From: a virus | Virus record (IMG/VR): IMGVR_UViG_3300017971_000396 | Reading direction: 5' to 3' (one strand) | Length of the DNA: 46,281 bases | In this document: positions 28,027-37,640 of the stretch, one piece after another | How positions within the stretch are numbered: the stretch's first letter is position 1 | Layout: each line of letters begins with the position of its first letter | Translations under genes and position numbers: made by a program | The notes under the pieces: model-generated | What the model saw: only the letters and a program-made list of their open reading frames with translations | Told to the model about the DNA's origin: nothing | The model's database searches: none

Positions 28027-28697
28027 TACTTACTCCATTTTTCAATAAATAATTTTTCACTTTCATGCCATACTGGATCATTTCTAAAATCTCCAACACT
28101 ATAATGAGTAACATCAATAGGAACTGTTCCAATTGTGTAACCTTTTTGGTGGGCGGATAAACAGAAGTCCATATCATAATGATGGAATGTAAACTGCGGA
28201 TCAAATTTTACATCTTTGAAAACTTTTACTTTAGCAGCAATAAACAAACCATCAACAATAATACAACGTTTTCCGATTGGTCCAAAATTTGTATCCCATT
28301 CTTTTCCTTGATGCGAATGACGTACCAAACCAGACCACTTAGATTTATCAGAATTATGCCAGACAGCTGGACTTTTTAATGTCCATGAAGATGTTCCAGC
28401 TAAACCCATAATATCAAATTCTGATTCTTCTAATATTTTTTCTAATTTAGATAAGTTTTCTTCAAAAATATTCCAATCATCAGATTCCATATTGATAGTA
28501 ATATCATCATGCATCATAATAAAAATATTATCGTCATTTTGTGCACACTTATAATCAAGCACTTCGTTATATCGTTCGCTAAGACCTTTAGTATTCTCAT
28601 AGAAAATAACATGAGATGTACCACTAACAAAGTCTGCAAACTTCGTTTCTAACCATTCGTCTTTAGATTTTCTTGTACAAATTACTATCGTAATCAT
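28026..28697 (-). CDS. glycosyltransferase (GT-A fold, family 2-like)
   Basis: IVICTRKS N-terminus and a DxD-like MMHDDI motif. Confidence 0.5.
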   Translation of the reverse strand: MITIVICTRKSKDEWLETKFADFVSGTSHVIFYENTKGLSERYNEVLDYKCAQNDDNIFIMMHDDITINMESDDWNIFEENLSKLEKILEESEFDIMGLAGTSSWTLKSPAVWHNSDKSKWSGLVRHSHQGKEWDTNFGPIGKRCIIVDGLFIAAKVKVFKDVKFDPQFTFHHYDMDFCLSAHQKGYTIGTVPIDVTHYSVGDFRNDPVWHESEKLFIEKWSK

Positions 28698-29102
28698 TTA
28701 TGAGCGCTCGAAATGTACTAATGAATTTTTAGGAAATTTAATTGCATCAAAAGCATCACTAGAATTTGGACTATAACCATAGATTTCTTTAAACTTTCTT
28801 ATAGCTTCATTATCATTATAAGAATAACCATCTTCCAACTCATCTACTTCTTCTTTAGTAAACTTATCTGAAAGATTATCTAAAACATATTCGGGACATT
28901 CCCAAAGATAACCAACCTCTTGAGAAAATATAACACATTCTTCACCAAGAAATGTTTTTGTTTTATCTTCTCTAAAATCTTTCATTAATGCTTTTTGAAT
29001 ATCATCGAGTGAATTCATGAATTCTTTTTCTTCAGTTTTTGGAAGAACTAATACGAATGAACAACTACTACTGTTACTTACAAAACCACTTCTACTTTTC
29101 AT
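28698..29102 (-). CDS. small protein of the Ser-rich N-terminal-tag family (member 4)
   Basis: Begins MKSRSGFVSNSSSCSFVLVLP. Confidence 0.6.
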   Translation of the reverse strand: MKSRSGFVSNSSSCSFVLVLPKTEEKEFMNSLDDIQKALMKDFREDKTKTFLGEECVIFSQEVGYLWECPEYVLDNLSDKFTKEEVDELEDGYSYNDNEAIRKFKEIYGYSPNSSDAFDAIKFPKNSLVHFERS

Positions 29103-29105
29103 AAT

Positions 29106-29708
29106 TTAATTTCTTTCCATTATTTCTGCTTGCTTTAATCCAAGCTTATCTTTTTCATTCATTTCCAATCCCATTTTAAATTTAATTAACGCGATCGTTG
29201 CACAAATATTATGGCCATCATTAATATAATTTAATGAACTTTTCTTAAGCATATCAAAATAGATATCCTTAATTAAACTATCCATCTTCTGTGCTTCTTC
29301 TTTACTTTCATAACGGCCACTTTCAGCATATTCGCCATCAGGTCTTCCAAGATAAATATCAATACTTGGAAAATCAGCTTCATATGACTTATAAAGGTTG
29401 ATTAATTCTTTTTGGAAGTTGGCACCGTACTTAATACTATATGCAACAGCTAATAATGGCGAACTATCTGTAATAATCATATTGGCTCCATTATTAAGAA
29501 AGATTGTTTCTTTCCTAATTTGTTTACTAAATAGATACAACTGATCATATTTAGTAATTTGTTTTCCTTCATAAGCCCATGATTTAACATGTTCATCAAC
29601 TTGTTCAATATTAAGACCAAGTCTATCAAGCTTAGCAAAAATTGTTGCGGTTGAATTTGTTTTACCAACTCCAGGACCTGCCAAAAGATTTATACGTCGG
29701 ATTTTCAT
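29106..29708 (-). CDS. P-loop NTPase (putative nucleoside/nucleotide kinase, NadR-RNK/AAA_28-like)
   Basis: LLAGPGVGKT Walker A, ITDSSPL Walker B-like. Confidence 0.45.
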   Translation of the reverse strand: MKIRRINLLAGPGVGKTNSTATIFAKLDRLGLNIEQVDEHVKSWAYEGKQITKYDQLYLFSKQIRKETIFLNNGANMIITDSSPLLAVAYSIKYGANFQKELINLYKSYEADFPSIDIYLGRPDGEYAESGRYESKEEAQKMDSLIKDIYFDMLKKSSLNYINDGHNICATIALIKFKMGLEMNEKDKLGLKQAEIMERN

Positions 29709-29748
29709 ACTTTATTTCTCATTAAATCATCTTTACATTTATTATCAA

Positions 29749-30363
29749 TTATCGAATTCTTCCTTCATGATCAAATTGAATATCTAATGAATCCATTTTT
29801 TGACGAACTTGAGAAAAAGTAACTGGTTTATAATCCCATGCATCAACACCTACATCAAAAGATTTTCCATGACCAGGTAGAAGTCCATGAGAGTGACCAT
29901 ATAAATGCCAAGATCCACGATGAGAACAATCCCAAACTCTCATTGAATAATGACATAGAATAATCTTTTGTTTATCCCAAGTAATTTTATTAAGTTCTCT
30001 GATACTTGCAAAAACATCAGCAGCCTTTTTGAAAATCTTACGGTTATCATGATTACCACGAATAAGATGGATATGACCATTAAGACGTCCAATAAGTTCT
30101 CTAAGTCTATCTTCAGAAGTTACAAAAGCAATATCACCGAGACAATAAACAGTATCTTTTTGACCAACTGTTTTATTCCAATTAGCAATCAATGCTTCGT
30201 TCATTTCGTTTTTGCGTTCTTCAGCAATATGTTGATCAACCCAAACTAATTGACCTTCTTCATTTTTAATTTCATCACCATCTCGTAACCACGGTCGTTT
30301 ACAATATCGAATAACATTAGCGTGATCTAAGTGTAAATCTGATGTAAATAATGGTTCGCTCAT
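29749..30363 (-). CDS. calcineurin-like metallophosphoesterase
   Basis: SDLHLDH, GDIA, GNHD, HYS.., GHSHG motif series. Confidence 0.7.
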   Translation of the reverse strand: MSEPLFTSDLHLDHANVIRYCKRPWLRDGDEIKNEEGQLVWVDQHIAEERKNEMNEALIANWNKTVGQKDTVYCLGDIAFVTSEDRLRELIGRLNGHIHLIRGNHDNRKIFKKAADVFASIRELNKITWDKQKIILCHYSMRVWDCSHRGSWHLYGHSHGLLPGHGKSFDVGVDAWDYKPVTFSQVRQKMDSLDIQFDHEGRIR

Positions 30364-30376
30364 TCTACTCTCTTAA

Positions 30377-30817
30377 TTATTTTACTTCGAACTTCTGTTT
30401 GAGTCGTTCGTATTCAGCGCGTTCGTTTAATTCTTTTAGCGCTTCTTTTTCACTATCTCTTTTCTCTTTAGCTAAACGTTTAGTTTCACGTCGTTTTTCA
30501 TCAGCTTCACGTTTACGTTTACGAAGATATTTAAGATGTTCTTTATATTCAATACTTTCGTGAATATCCCAATATTCAGCAGTTGCTTTATATACACTAT
30601 CAACAATAAGATCTCGTTTTTCGAACTTACATTGTGCTGCCCAATTACAAACTGCTTCAAAAGAATGAAATTCAGAAATACCGCTTCTTTCTTCAAACTG
30701 ATGACCAGGTGCTATTCGATATTCGGCGATCCAGATTTCATCGCCTTCTTCATATTCTTCGCAATTTTTAAAATGCATAAATAACCTGTTAAATAAAAAT
30801 GGATTTTTGTTACTCAA
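30377..30817 (-). CDS. hypothetical protein with K/E/R-rich C-terminal helix
   Basis: The track ORF begins at a TTG. The first ATG (MHFKNC) is at 30778. Confidence 0.45.
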   Translation of the reverse strand: MSNKNPFLFNRLFMHFKNCEEYEEGDEIWIAEYRIAPGHQFEERSGISEFHSFEAVCNWAAQCKFEKRDLIVDSVYKATAEYWDIHESIEYKEHLKYLRKRKREADEKRRETKRLAKEKRDSEKEALKELNERAEYERLKQKFEVK

Positions 30818-30846
30818 TATAATATAACATGGAATTTAACAAAGTA

Positions 30847-30911
30847 TAGTAGAATGTATCATATTTTAATCACTAAGTAATATAATGTTACATATATGAT
30901 ACATTCTACTA
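30847..30911. repeat. perfect 18-bp inverted repeat with 29-nt spacer
   Basis: tagtagaatgtatcatat (30847-30864) is the reverse complement of atatgatacattctacta (30894-30911). Confidence 0.85.
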
Positions 30912-31059
30912 AAGAACTTCTAACTAGTAAAAGTTGTTTTATTTCCCAAAGTACAATTACAAATACCACTTCCGCCATTTATGGGATTATTTGAACATTC
31001 TAAACATGGATCATTATAATCACCACCAAGTGTTATTGTATAATTGTCAGGAAATTTAA

Positions 31060-31836
31060 CTATTTGCCAGTCCAGCCTTTCGGGGGTTTGGCGAATTTCC
31101 CAAAAGCTGAAGGGAAACCCACCTTGCTTGACTTTTTTTCGAGGGGCACTCCCATCTTTTTCAGATCGGATTTTGTGCCATAATATAATTCAAAAGTGGT
31201 TGAATAAGTACCTGGTTTAAATTCAACCATGGTTGCAGAATCTTGAACTTCCTTACCCCAAGTAGTACCAACACTAAAAGATGGTTCAGGTTCAGGAGTT
31301 GTAGGTCCAGCAGATGCCATTAATGGTACACTTAGATCACCATATTCACTCCCGTCAGATACAGTTGTAGTATAAGAACAATCCGTAGTATTAGAATCGT
31401 AAGTAAAGCATCTTACATCTGAACTTTTACTTCTATAAATTACATTTGGTTTTGGTTTGGGTGCTTCTTCAACCATCATAACACCGATAACACCATTATT
31501 ACCAGGTTTACCAGCACTATTACAATAACTTTTACCAGATTTGCAGAATTTGAATTCGCCAACTGTTTCAAGATCTTGTCTAAAACCTTTAATAGTTGAA
31601 GAACTACGTGCATCAATAACATATCCAGGTCCTTCATCTTCTGCAGGTTCACCCGAAATAACATTGATACCATCTACAGAGACTATAGCAAGTACTCTTT
31701 TATAGGAATTGTTTTTAAGTTTGATTGAATAAGTGGAGTTTGGACGACCTTCAACGAAGATACGACCATCATGTGGATACTCGCGTACAGGTTTGCCGTT
31801 TACGAGCACAATTAGTTCGTAGTCATTATTGCGCAT
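31060..31836 (-). CDS. hypothetical protein (Gly/Ser/Thr/Pro-rich)
   Basis: 258 aa. The 3' end is unusually GC-rich for this genome. Confidence 0.55.
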   Translation of the reverse strand: MRNNDYELIVLVNGKPVREYPHDGRIFVEGRPNSTYSIKLKNNSYKRVLAIVSVDGINVISGEPAEDEGPGYVIDARSSSTIKGFRQDLETVGEFKFCKSGKSYCNSAGKPGNNGVIGVMMVEEAPKPKPNVIYRSKSSDVRCFTYDSNTTDCSYTTTVSDGSEYGDLSVPLMASAGPTTPEPEPSFSVGTTWGKEVQDSATMVEFKPGTYSTTFELYYGTKSDLKKMGVPLEKKSSKVGFPSAFGKFAKPPKGWTGK

Positions 31837-31881
31837 TGTTACGCTTCCTTTTCTACTGCCTCTCTACAGAGGACTTCATTT

Positions 31882-31923
31882 TTGATCATATGATCAACGT
31901 GATGGGGTCACTGTGACCCCATC
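31882..31923. promoter_or_regulatory. 16-bp perfect palindrome ttgatcatatgatcaa followed by GC-rich hairpin gatggggtc-actgt-gaccccatc
   Basis: Read directly from the sequence, between two - strand genes. Confidence 0.6.
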
Positions 31924-31929
31924 ATAAAA

Positions 31930-32283
31930 TTAGGTAACTTTAGAATCATCACGCCATAGATTAAGTTCATCAGCAAGCGCTACTAAAATTTCATAACCGT
32001 CATCCTTAAGACCATCTTTAAGATCTGCTTGGATGCCTCGCTTATCATCACCATAAGCTTTTGCTACACTAAGTTTAAGTGCATCAATTTCTTTAACTTT
32101 AGAAAGATTCTTAGTTGCTTCATTCTCTTCGAGTTCTTTAAGTTTTGGCCAACTGGTTTTTTCACCATAAGGTCCAATTGACTTCATTAAATCATCGAAA
32201 ATATCTTCAACTTCTTTTCTTGTATAATGTGCACGTCTTGTTTGTTCATAAAGACGTTGTAAAGTTTCTTCAAATTTACTCAT
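31930..32283 (-). CDS. hypothetical protein
   Basis: 117-aa ORF. Confidence 0.5.
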   Translation of the reverse strand: MSKFEETLQRLYEQTRRAHYTRKEVEDIFDDLMKSIGPYGEKTSWPKLKELEENEATKNLSKVKEIDALKLSVAKAYGDDKRGIQADLKDGLKDDGYEILVALADELNLWRDDSKVT

Positions 32284-32323
32284 AGAAATTTCTCCAAATG
32301 TTATAACAGAATTATTTATAACA

Positions 32324-32653
32324 TTAGTCTAGAACTTCATCAAATTCACAATTAGTATATTTGATTGTATAAATACGCCCAGACCATTCTTTGTCGATAC
32401 ACCATTTAACAAGAATTTTAAATTCTTTATTATCAATAACTTCAGGAGTATTGATTGTTTCATCATTTTTAACCATGACCGTATCAACATCATCTTTAAT
32501 AATATCAACAACCATTTTACGAATTCTTTCTTGAAGATCTTCAGTATTTAGTTCTCCAAAAGAAATAGTATATAAAGCTGTTGGAATTTCATAATCTAAT
32601 TTAGCTTGTAATTCTTCATTCATCTTGAACAACCTCATAAGGAAATTGACCAT
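32324..32653 (-). CDS. hypothetical protein
   Basis: 109-aa ORF. Confidence 0.45.
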   Translation of the reverse strand: MVNFLMRLFKMNEELQAKLDYEIPTALYTISFGELNTEDLQERIRKMVVDIIKDDVDTVMVKNDETINTPEVIDNKEFKILVKWCIDKEWSGRIYTIKYTNCEFDEVLD

Positions 32654-32921
32654 CTTTTACAATAATAGATGTCTTATGATCTTTTGGATAAAAAGCAGTT
32701 TGATTCCATTTGAGCTTTGCTTTATTTTTATGATCTGGCCAATTAGCTATCATAAGCTGAGAATTTTCAAAAGTAAATTCAGACCAATCAAGAAATACTT
32801 CCAAAAGATCTTTATCAATAAAACGTTCACCGACAAATCGAGCTTTCATACCAACATCAAATGGAATAGTATCATAATCTGGATCACTTTTAAGTGCTTC
32901 TGTAAATCTAAGTATTTTCAT
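32616..32921 (-). CDS. hypothetical protein
   Basis: 101-aa ORF. Confidence 0.45.
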   Translation of the reverse strand: MKILRFTEALKSDPDYDTIPFDVGMKARFVGERFIDKDLLEVFLDWSEFTFENSQLMIANWPDHKNKAKLKWNQTAFYPKDHKTSIIVKDGQFPYEVVQDE

Positions 32922-33634
32922 CTTTGTTTCCTCATTTTAATGCATTCTTCTTTAAATGCACACCATTTGCAGCCCCAACCTTCATTATATTGACTGCCAT
33001 CACATTCACGCATCTTTTTAATAAGAGTACGTGCATCAGTTAGAAATTCTTCTTTGTCATTAAAATCAAGTAAAATATGTGGTTTCTTATGAAAAAATCT
33101 AACAAACCAAAATTCCATTGATACAGGCTTAGTTTCTAGAAATGGCAAAGAATATAATCTGGTCTGCCAGTTCTTTTTAAGTTCGTCTGTTTCGTATGGA
33201 TATTTACCACTTTTAATATCAACGATTTTAACGTGATCATCAAGTTCTGTTTGACGGTCAACGCGTATAATAACACCAACATCGTCAATTTTATATTTCA
33301 ATTCAAATTCTGGTCTGGAAATTTCGTAGTTATCAAACCAACCCATTTTCTCAGCATTTTGAATTAACATTGGTAGACGAGCAGTATCTGCTGCATTTAA
33401 ATCATGTTCTTTGCATGCAGCTTTAATTAAGCTACGTGGATCAGAATATTGGTCCATTCCCTTCTGTTTAGCAAGAAGCGATAGTTCTAGAATTTTGTGA
33501 ATTGCAAGACCTAATTTAATAGCTTCTGTTGGTTCTGGACGTGGAATCTTCTTAACATAAAATGCCCACCATTTTCTCTGACATTCCTCAAACATCGACA
33601 GTTGAGTTGCCGAGATCATTTTTACCTTGTTCAT
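32918..33634 (-). CDS. Cas4/RecB-like PD-(D/E)XK exonuclease with Fe-S cysteine cluster
   Basis: VDIKSGK core, the QxxxY motif (WQTRLY), and a C-terminal C...C..C.....C cluster (CDGSQYNEGWGCKWCAFKEEC). Confidence 0.6.
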   Translation of the reverse strand: MNKVKMISATQLSMFEECQRKWWAFYVKKIPRPEPTEAIKLGLAIHKILELSLLAKQKGMDQYSDPRSLIKAACKEHDLNAADTARLPMLIQNAEKMGWFDNYEISRPEFELKYKIDDVGVIIRVDRQTELDDHVKIVDIKSGKYPYETDELKKNWQTRLYSLPFLETKPVSMEFWFVRFFHKKPHILLDFNDKEEFLTDARTLIKKMRECDGSQYNEGWGCKWCAFKEECIKMRKQR

Positions 33635-33740
33635 ATTTTTCTCTTATTTTGTTTTAGTTAATAGAATATAAACAAGAAAAGGAAAAAATAAACTAAGATG
33701 CGAAAAAAGTTATAAATATTTTTCAACTGGAGGTTTTCAT

Positions 33741-33983
33741 ATGTTGGGCGAAGGTTATAGCGAAATTAATAAAACCGTTGTATCACAAAAGATACTTTGT
33801 CCGAAATGTAAAAAACAGATTCACTTCCTATGTGATAACATTGATTGTCCGTATTGTAAAACAAAGTTTAAATGTGAAGCTGTCTCAGTCTATATGACAA
33901 GTGTAGATATGGAACCCCTATCAGGACGAATGTTAAAAAGGAGCTCCTTTTTAATAGAGCTCCTTAAAAAACTATGGAATTAG
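33741..33983 (+). CDS. small Zn-ribbon protein
   Basis: CPKC...C...CPYC. Only + strand gene in this region. Confidence 0.45.
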   Translation: MLGEGYSEINKTVVSQKILCPKCKKQIHFLCDNIDCPYCKTKFKCEAVSVYMTSVDMEPLSGRMLKRSSFLIELLKKLWN

Positions 33984-34165
33984 AAATACTTTAACCACAA
34001 AATGTAATTTTCTAAAAGTATTTCATATGTTTCTACTTTCATTTCAGATATTGGACAAGTAATTATTTGAGGGTTATCATCTATTTTATGATTGATAACT
34101 TTACCATCTTCTATTGAAATTTTCTGATCGCAAAAAACACATTCTAAATTTTTATTATCATCCAT
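33980..34165 (-). CDS. small hypothetical protein
   Basis: 61 aa with CVFC...C. Confidence 0.35.
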   Translation of the reverse strand: MDDNKNLECVFCDQKISIEDGKVINHKIDDNPQIITCPISEMKVETYEILLENYILWLKYF

Positions 34166-34166
34166 A

Positions 34167-34625
34167 TCATTTTACTAGTTTCATTCTTGCAAGTGTACTT
34201 GCTACTTTACCATCAAATTGACCATCAAATTTTTCTTTGAGCAGTTTCATTATTTTACCCATGTCTCGTGGATTATCAAATCCATTTTCCTTGATCATCG
34301 TATCAATAGTGTCTGAAAGAAATTCTTCAGTTAATTGAGCAGGAAGATAAACTTTAACAGTACCAGCTTCTGCTTGTAATTGTGCTACTTCAAAATCGTT
34401 ATTAATACATTGTGTTTTCTTAATATCGATCATTTCTTCTAATCCCTTAAGAAATTTACGAATAACATTTTGTACTTTAACATCGTCTTCTTGGTCAATT
34501 TTTTCAAGACGTTGTACCTCACTAAAAAGAGTAGTTAGCGTTTCATATTTTTTAATGTTACCATCTTTTTTAGCAAGAAGTCTATCTTTTTTAATTTCAT
34601 TAATAATCATAAATATCGTCTCCAA
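34167..34625 (-). CDS. GatB/YqeY domain protein
   Basis: YLPaQLteEfL...GfdnprDMGKiMkllkekfdGqfDGKvastLarmkL matches the YqeY C-terminal signature. Confidence 0.65.
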   Translation of the reverse strand: METIFMIINEIKKDRLLAKKDGNIKKYETLTTLFSEVQRLEKIDQEDDVKVQNVIRKFLKGLEEMIDIKKTQCINNDFEVAQLQAEAGTVKVYLPAQLTEEFLSDTIDTMIKENGFDNPRDMGKIMKLLKEKFDGQFDGKVASTLARMKLVK

Positions 34626-34854
34626 ATACTTTTAATAATACTTTTTCGTATGCTACAAGCTTGCCATTAATTTTTGCAAGTTCAATCAAAATTTCAGTTA
34701 TACGACTATCTGTTGGTTTGTTATTTTTATAAACTTCAGTTTCTTCAAGAAGTATTTCATTTCTAATATTGAGACGTTTTGTTTCTTCCTCAATATATTC
34801 TGCTAATTCATTCTCTTTCATTATCAAAATCTTCCGACAAAGTAAATTCAACAT
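34600..34854 (-). CDS. small hypothetical protein
   Basis: 84-aa ORF. Confidence 0.4.
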   Translation of the reverse strand: MLNLLCRKILIMKENELAEYIEEETKRLNIRNEILLEETEVYKNNKPTDSRITEILIELAKINGKLVAYEKVLLKVFGDDIYDY

Positions 34855-35332
34855 GTTTTAATTTTTCTGATGCGATTAATGAAGCTAAAATATTAACTGA
34901 CATTACTCCACAATAAATCATTGCTAGATTTTTACTAAATGGTAACAAAATTACTGTTCCAATAGTGCTTGCATATAATGCAAATAATACAACTTTTGTA
35001 TATTTCAAAAAACATTGTTCATGACATGCTTTTACATATTCTAATTGATCTTGGTTCATTTTTGTTGCAATTAAATATGAACCAAGTATATTACATATAG
35101 CTAAAGCAAAATGTAGAAGTGTAATAGTAATTACTAAACCTACAATATCAGCACTAATCGAAAGCCATAGTATTAATTGTGAACATAAATAGATAATTAA
35201 TACAAATATTTCTTGACGCTTAACTGCTTGAATTTTTTCTTGAACAAGCATTTGTTTATATGCTTGTACCATTTGAAAAAGTGTACTCATTTTTTCATTA
35301 TCTATATTTTGCTGCTGCTCTTTTTCTTCCAT
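34808..35332 (-). CDS. membrane protein (4 TM)
   Basis: 174 aa with multiple hydrophobic helices. Confidence 0.5.
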   Translation of the reverse strand: MEEKEQQQNIDNEKMSTLFQMVQAYKQMLVQEKIQAVKRQEIFVLIIYLCSQLILWLSISADIVGLVITITLLHFALAICNILGSYLIATKMNQDQLEYVKACHEQCFLKYTKVVLFALYASTIGTVILLPFSKNLAMIYCGVMSVNILASLIASEKLKHVEFTLSEDFDNERE

Positions 35333-35344
35333 TAGTTTGTATCC

Positions 35345-36355
35345 TTAAAATTTGTCCTTTCCAAACATTAACATTATTTTCATCTGAGATGCTTTCAAAA
35401 ATTTGCTTTCCAATTCTTCCCCATCAGCAAATAATTTTACATTTCCAACTTCAACAACATATTCATTAACGTCTTTATAGGGACAATCTTTACTCCAACA
35501 ATAAACTAATGTTTCAGGATTTGTCTGAGCTAATTTAAAAATGTTTTTCTTTGATGTTTCGTCAATCCAAGGATTGTCTGGAAATAATACTAGTCTCCTA
35601 TTGATAAGATAAGGTTGTAAAATCTCCATTTGACCAATTGTTGGACTTACGCCACCAATAGCAATACAATTTTTTACAAATATCGCATCAAGTACACCTT
35701 CAGTATATAAAATATAAGGATAAGATAAATCAAGATCATCTGCTCCAAATATATCTTTAGGCATATTTTTCGGAAATAGGTACTTGCAATTCTGCTTTGC
35801 GTTAATAGCACGACATTGATAGTACCTCATTTTACCACTTCTATACCATGGAATAACAATTCTGTTCATTTCATTCTCATAGAAAAGTTTCCATGTTTTT
35901 GGCAAGAAGGGAGCTTTATCAATTAAACGATCTTCGAGAATCTTTACAGCATCGGGGCTTTTATAAAGGTCCACCCACGAATTTTTAAAGTTGAGTTCTT
36001 CCCTTTCCTCAACTGGTTTTACTTGGATTTCTTCAGTATCGTCATTAATAAAGACTTGGTTGAGTAGGCTACTTGCGGACATATCCTTAAACTCATAAAT
36101 AATATCCTTTTTAACGTCTTTAAGTTCTTTTCCCTGCAAAATAGCAAGAAACTTATATGCGCTATAATTCGCTCCGCAATTAAAACAATGATACGAAGAA
36201 TCCTTTTTATAAAGGTGACCACGTTTTTTAACTTTGGATTTCTTTGAATCTCCACAAAAAGGACATCTAAAATTTAAACCATAAGAATCTTTAACCTTTG
36301 GTCCAGAAACATATTCATAAACCTTTTGTAGTGAATAATTATATAAATCAATCAT
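35345..36355 (-). CDS. 61: DNA primase, T4 gp61-like
   Basis: N-terminal Zn ribbon FRCPFCGDSKKS...RGhlY...HCFNCG aligns with T4 gp61 (FRCPVCGDSKTD...HCYNCN). The C-terminal LFPDNPWIDETSKK...CWSKDCPYKDVNE aligns with gp61 LDNEPRHPDT...WDKSPWKSKDVND. Confidence 0.75.
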   Translation of the reverse strand: MIDLYNYSLQKVYEYVSGPKVKDSYGLNFRCPFCGDSKKSKVKKRGHLYKKDSSYHCFNCGANYSAYKFLAILQGKELKDVKKDIIYEFKDMSASSLLNQVFINDDTEEIQVKPVEEREELNFKNSWVDLYKSPDAVKILEDRLIDKAPFLPKTWKLFYENEMNRIVIPWYRSGKMRYYQCRAINAKQNCKYLFPKNMPKDIFGADDLDLSYPYILYTEGVLDAIFVKNCIAIGGVSPTIGQMEILQPYLINRRLVLFPDNPWIDETSKKNIFKLAQTNPETLVYCWSKDCPYKDVNEYVVEVGNVKLFADGEELESKFLKASQMKIMLMFGKDKF

Positions 36356-36395
36356 TATTTTTTCTCACAATTGATACGATATTTCTTTAACATAA

Positions 36396-36719
36396 TTAAA
36401 ATTTGTCTCCCTTTGCTTGGTTACAAGCATAACAAGCAACTACTAAATTACTTTCATCATATCGTAAACCACCTTTAGATAAGGGTTTAACGTGATCAAT
36501 TGTTGCAAGATTTTTTGGTTGTTTTTTACCTATAGGATCTTTAAGAAGATCCTTTTTCCCACAATATGTACATACTAATGGCTTATTACGATCAAGAAAA
36601 TCATCCCTGAATGCTAACCATTCCGCAACCTCATTCTTCTTATAATTTTGGCAAAGTAATACCAAAGCAGCTAAAGATTTTAAATGAGGTTCCTCTACGA
36701 GAACCGTATGACGTTTCAT
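36396..36719 (-). CDS. HNH endonuclease (freestanding, putative homing-type)
   Basis: CtYCGkk ... DHvkPlskGG ... NlvvaCyaCNqaKg. Confidence 0.65.
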   Translation of the reverse strand: MKRHTVLVEEPHLKSLAALVLLCQNYKKNEVAEWLAFRDDFLDRNKPLVCTYCGKKDLLKDPIGKKQPKNLATIDHVKPLSKGGLRYDESNLVVACYACNQAKGDKF

Positions 36720-37363
36720 CCTTCAGTGATCATCAATTTCCGACCAGTAGAAACATTAATTACTTCTACGTCTAAGGAAGCTGGAACCTTTCCAAATGCT
36801 TTAGTAATATGAGAAGGTGAGACACGGAAAATATTTTCATGTCTATGCATTTTAATAACTTTAGCAGTTGGAGAAGCAATTGCTACGTGAGGTTCTTGTA
36901 TTGTAATACAGTTTTTATCTGTTTCAATAACAAGTTTAACTTCGTCACCTTTAAAAGCGATATAATCCATATGATAACCACTTACAGTAAATCGACCACG
37001 ATTATCATAAGTATCACCAGCTCGTTTTCTTCGGCTTGGATTTGAATTACTTACTTTGGTACTAGATTGTGGATTTGGATTTTTAGAGATAACGAAATCC
37101 TGGGGATCGAAAGTATTTTCGTGATATAGATTAAAGTTAATTCCATCTTTAGTTACATTTGTCATAATGAAATTATCTGCATCCCAGTTAGATTGAATTT
37201 GTGATTCAATCTCAGCAACGATGTCATGATGGATATCACGGTGTTTAATATCGTGACCAAAATCTTGTTGTAGACGTAAAGTTACATTAAATGCTGTGAA
37301 GGCATCTTCAGTCATAAAGAGGTCTTCAATAACATCAATCATATGTTTTCTAATATCACTCAT
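36716..37363 (-). CDS. hypothetical protein
   Basis: 215-aa ORF. Confidence 0.5.
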   Translation of the reverse strand: MSDIRKHMIDVIEDLFMTEDAFTAFNVTLRLQQDFGHDIKHRDIHHDIVAEIESQIQSNWDADNFIMTNVTKDGINFNLYHENTFDPQDFVISKNPNPQSSTKVSNSNPSRRKRAGDTYDNRGRFTVSGYHMDYIAFKGDEVKLVIETDKNCITIQEPHVAIASPTAKVIKMHRHENIFRVSPSHITKAFGKVPASLDVEVINVSTGRKLMITEG

Positions 37364-37432
37364 AATAAAATACTCCTTGTATAAGATAATATAACCGCTA
37401 AAAATTCAAAGTATAGTGGACTTATAAAATAA

Positions 37433-37639
37433 TTAATTATTTTTCTTTGAAAAATTCATTTTAATGCATATTTCTTTTTGCGTCAATGACCAAGAATATA
37501 CTTTTTCGTTCAGTGGATCCAATGCGATTGTTTTTGTTTTTGCAATATATCCACAATTTGGACACCAATAGAGTCCCTTTCCATATTGGTCTCTCATTTT
37601 CAATTCTAAATCAACATCTGGACAACACTGACATTTCAT
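37433..37639 (-). CDS. small Zn-ribbon protein
   Basis: CQCC...CPNCG. Confidence 0.4.
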   Translation of the reverse strand: MKCQCCPDVDLELKMRDQYGKGLYWCPNCGYIAKTKTIALDPLNEKVYSWSLTQKEICIKMNFSKKNN

Positions 37640-37640
37640 T

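Noticed and set aside
30913-31060. 39-aa hydrophobic - strand ORF (MAEVVFVIVLW...) in the intergenic gap
   Set aside because: No recognisable RBS. It overlaps the inverted repeat and is too short to support by sequence alone.
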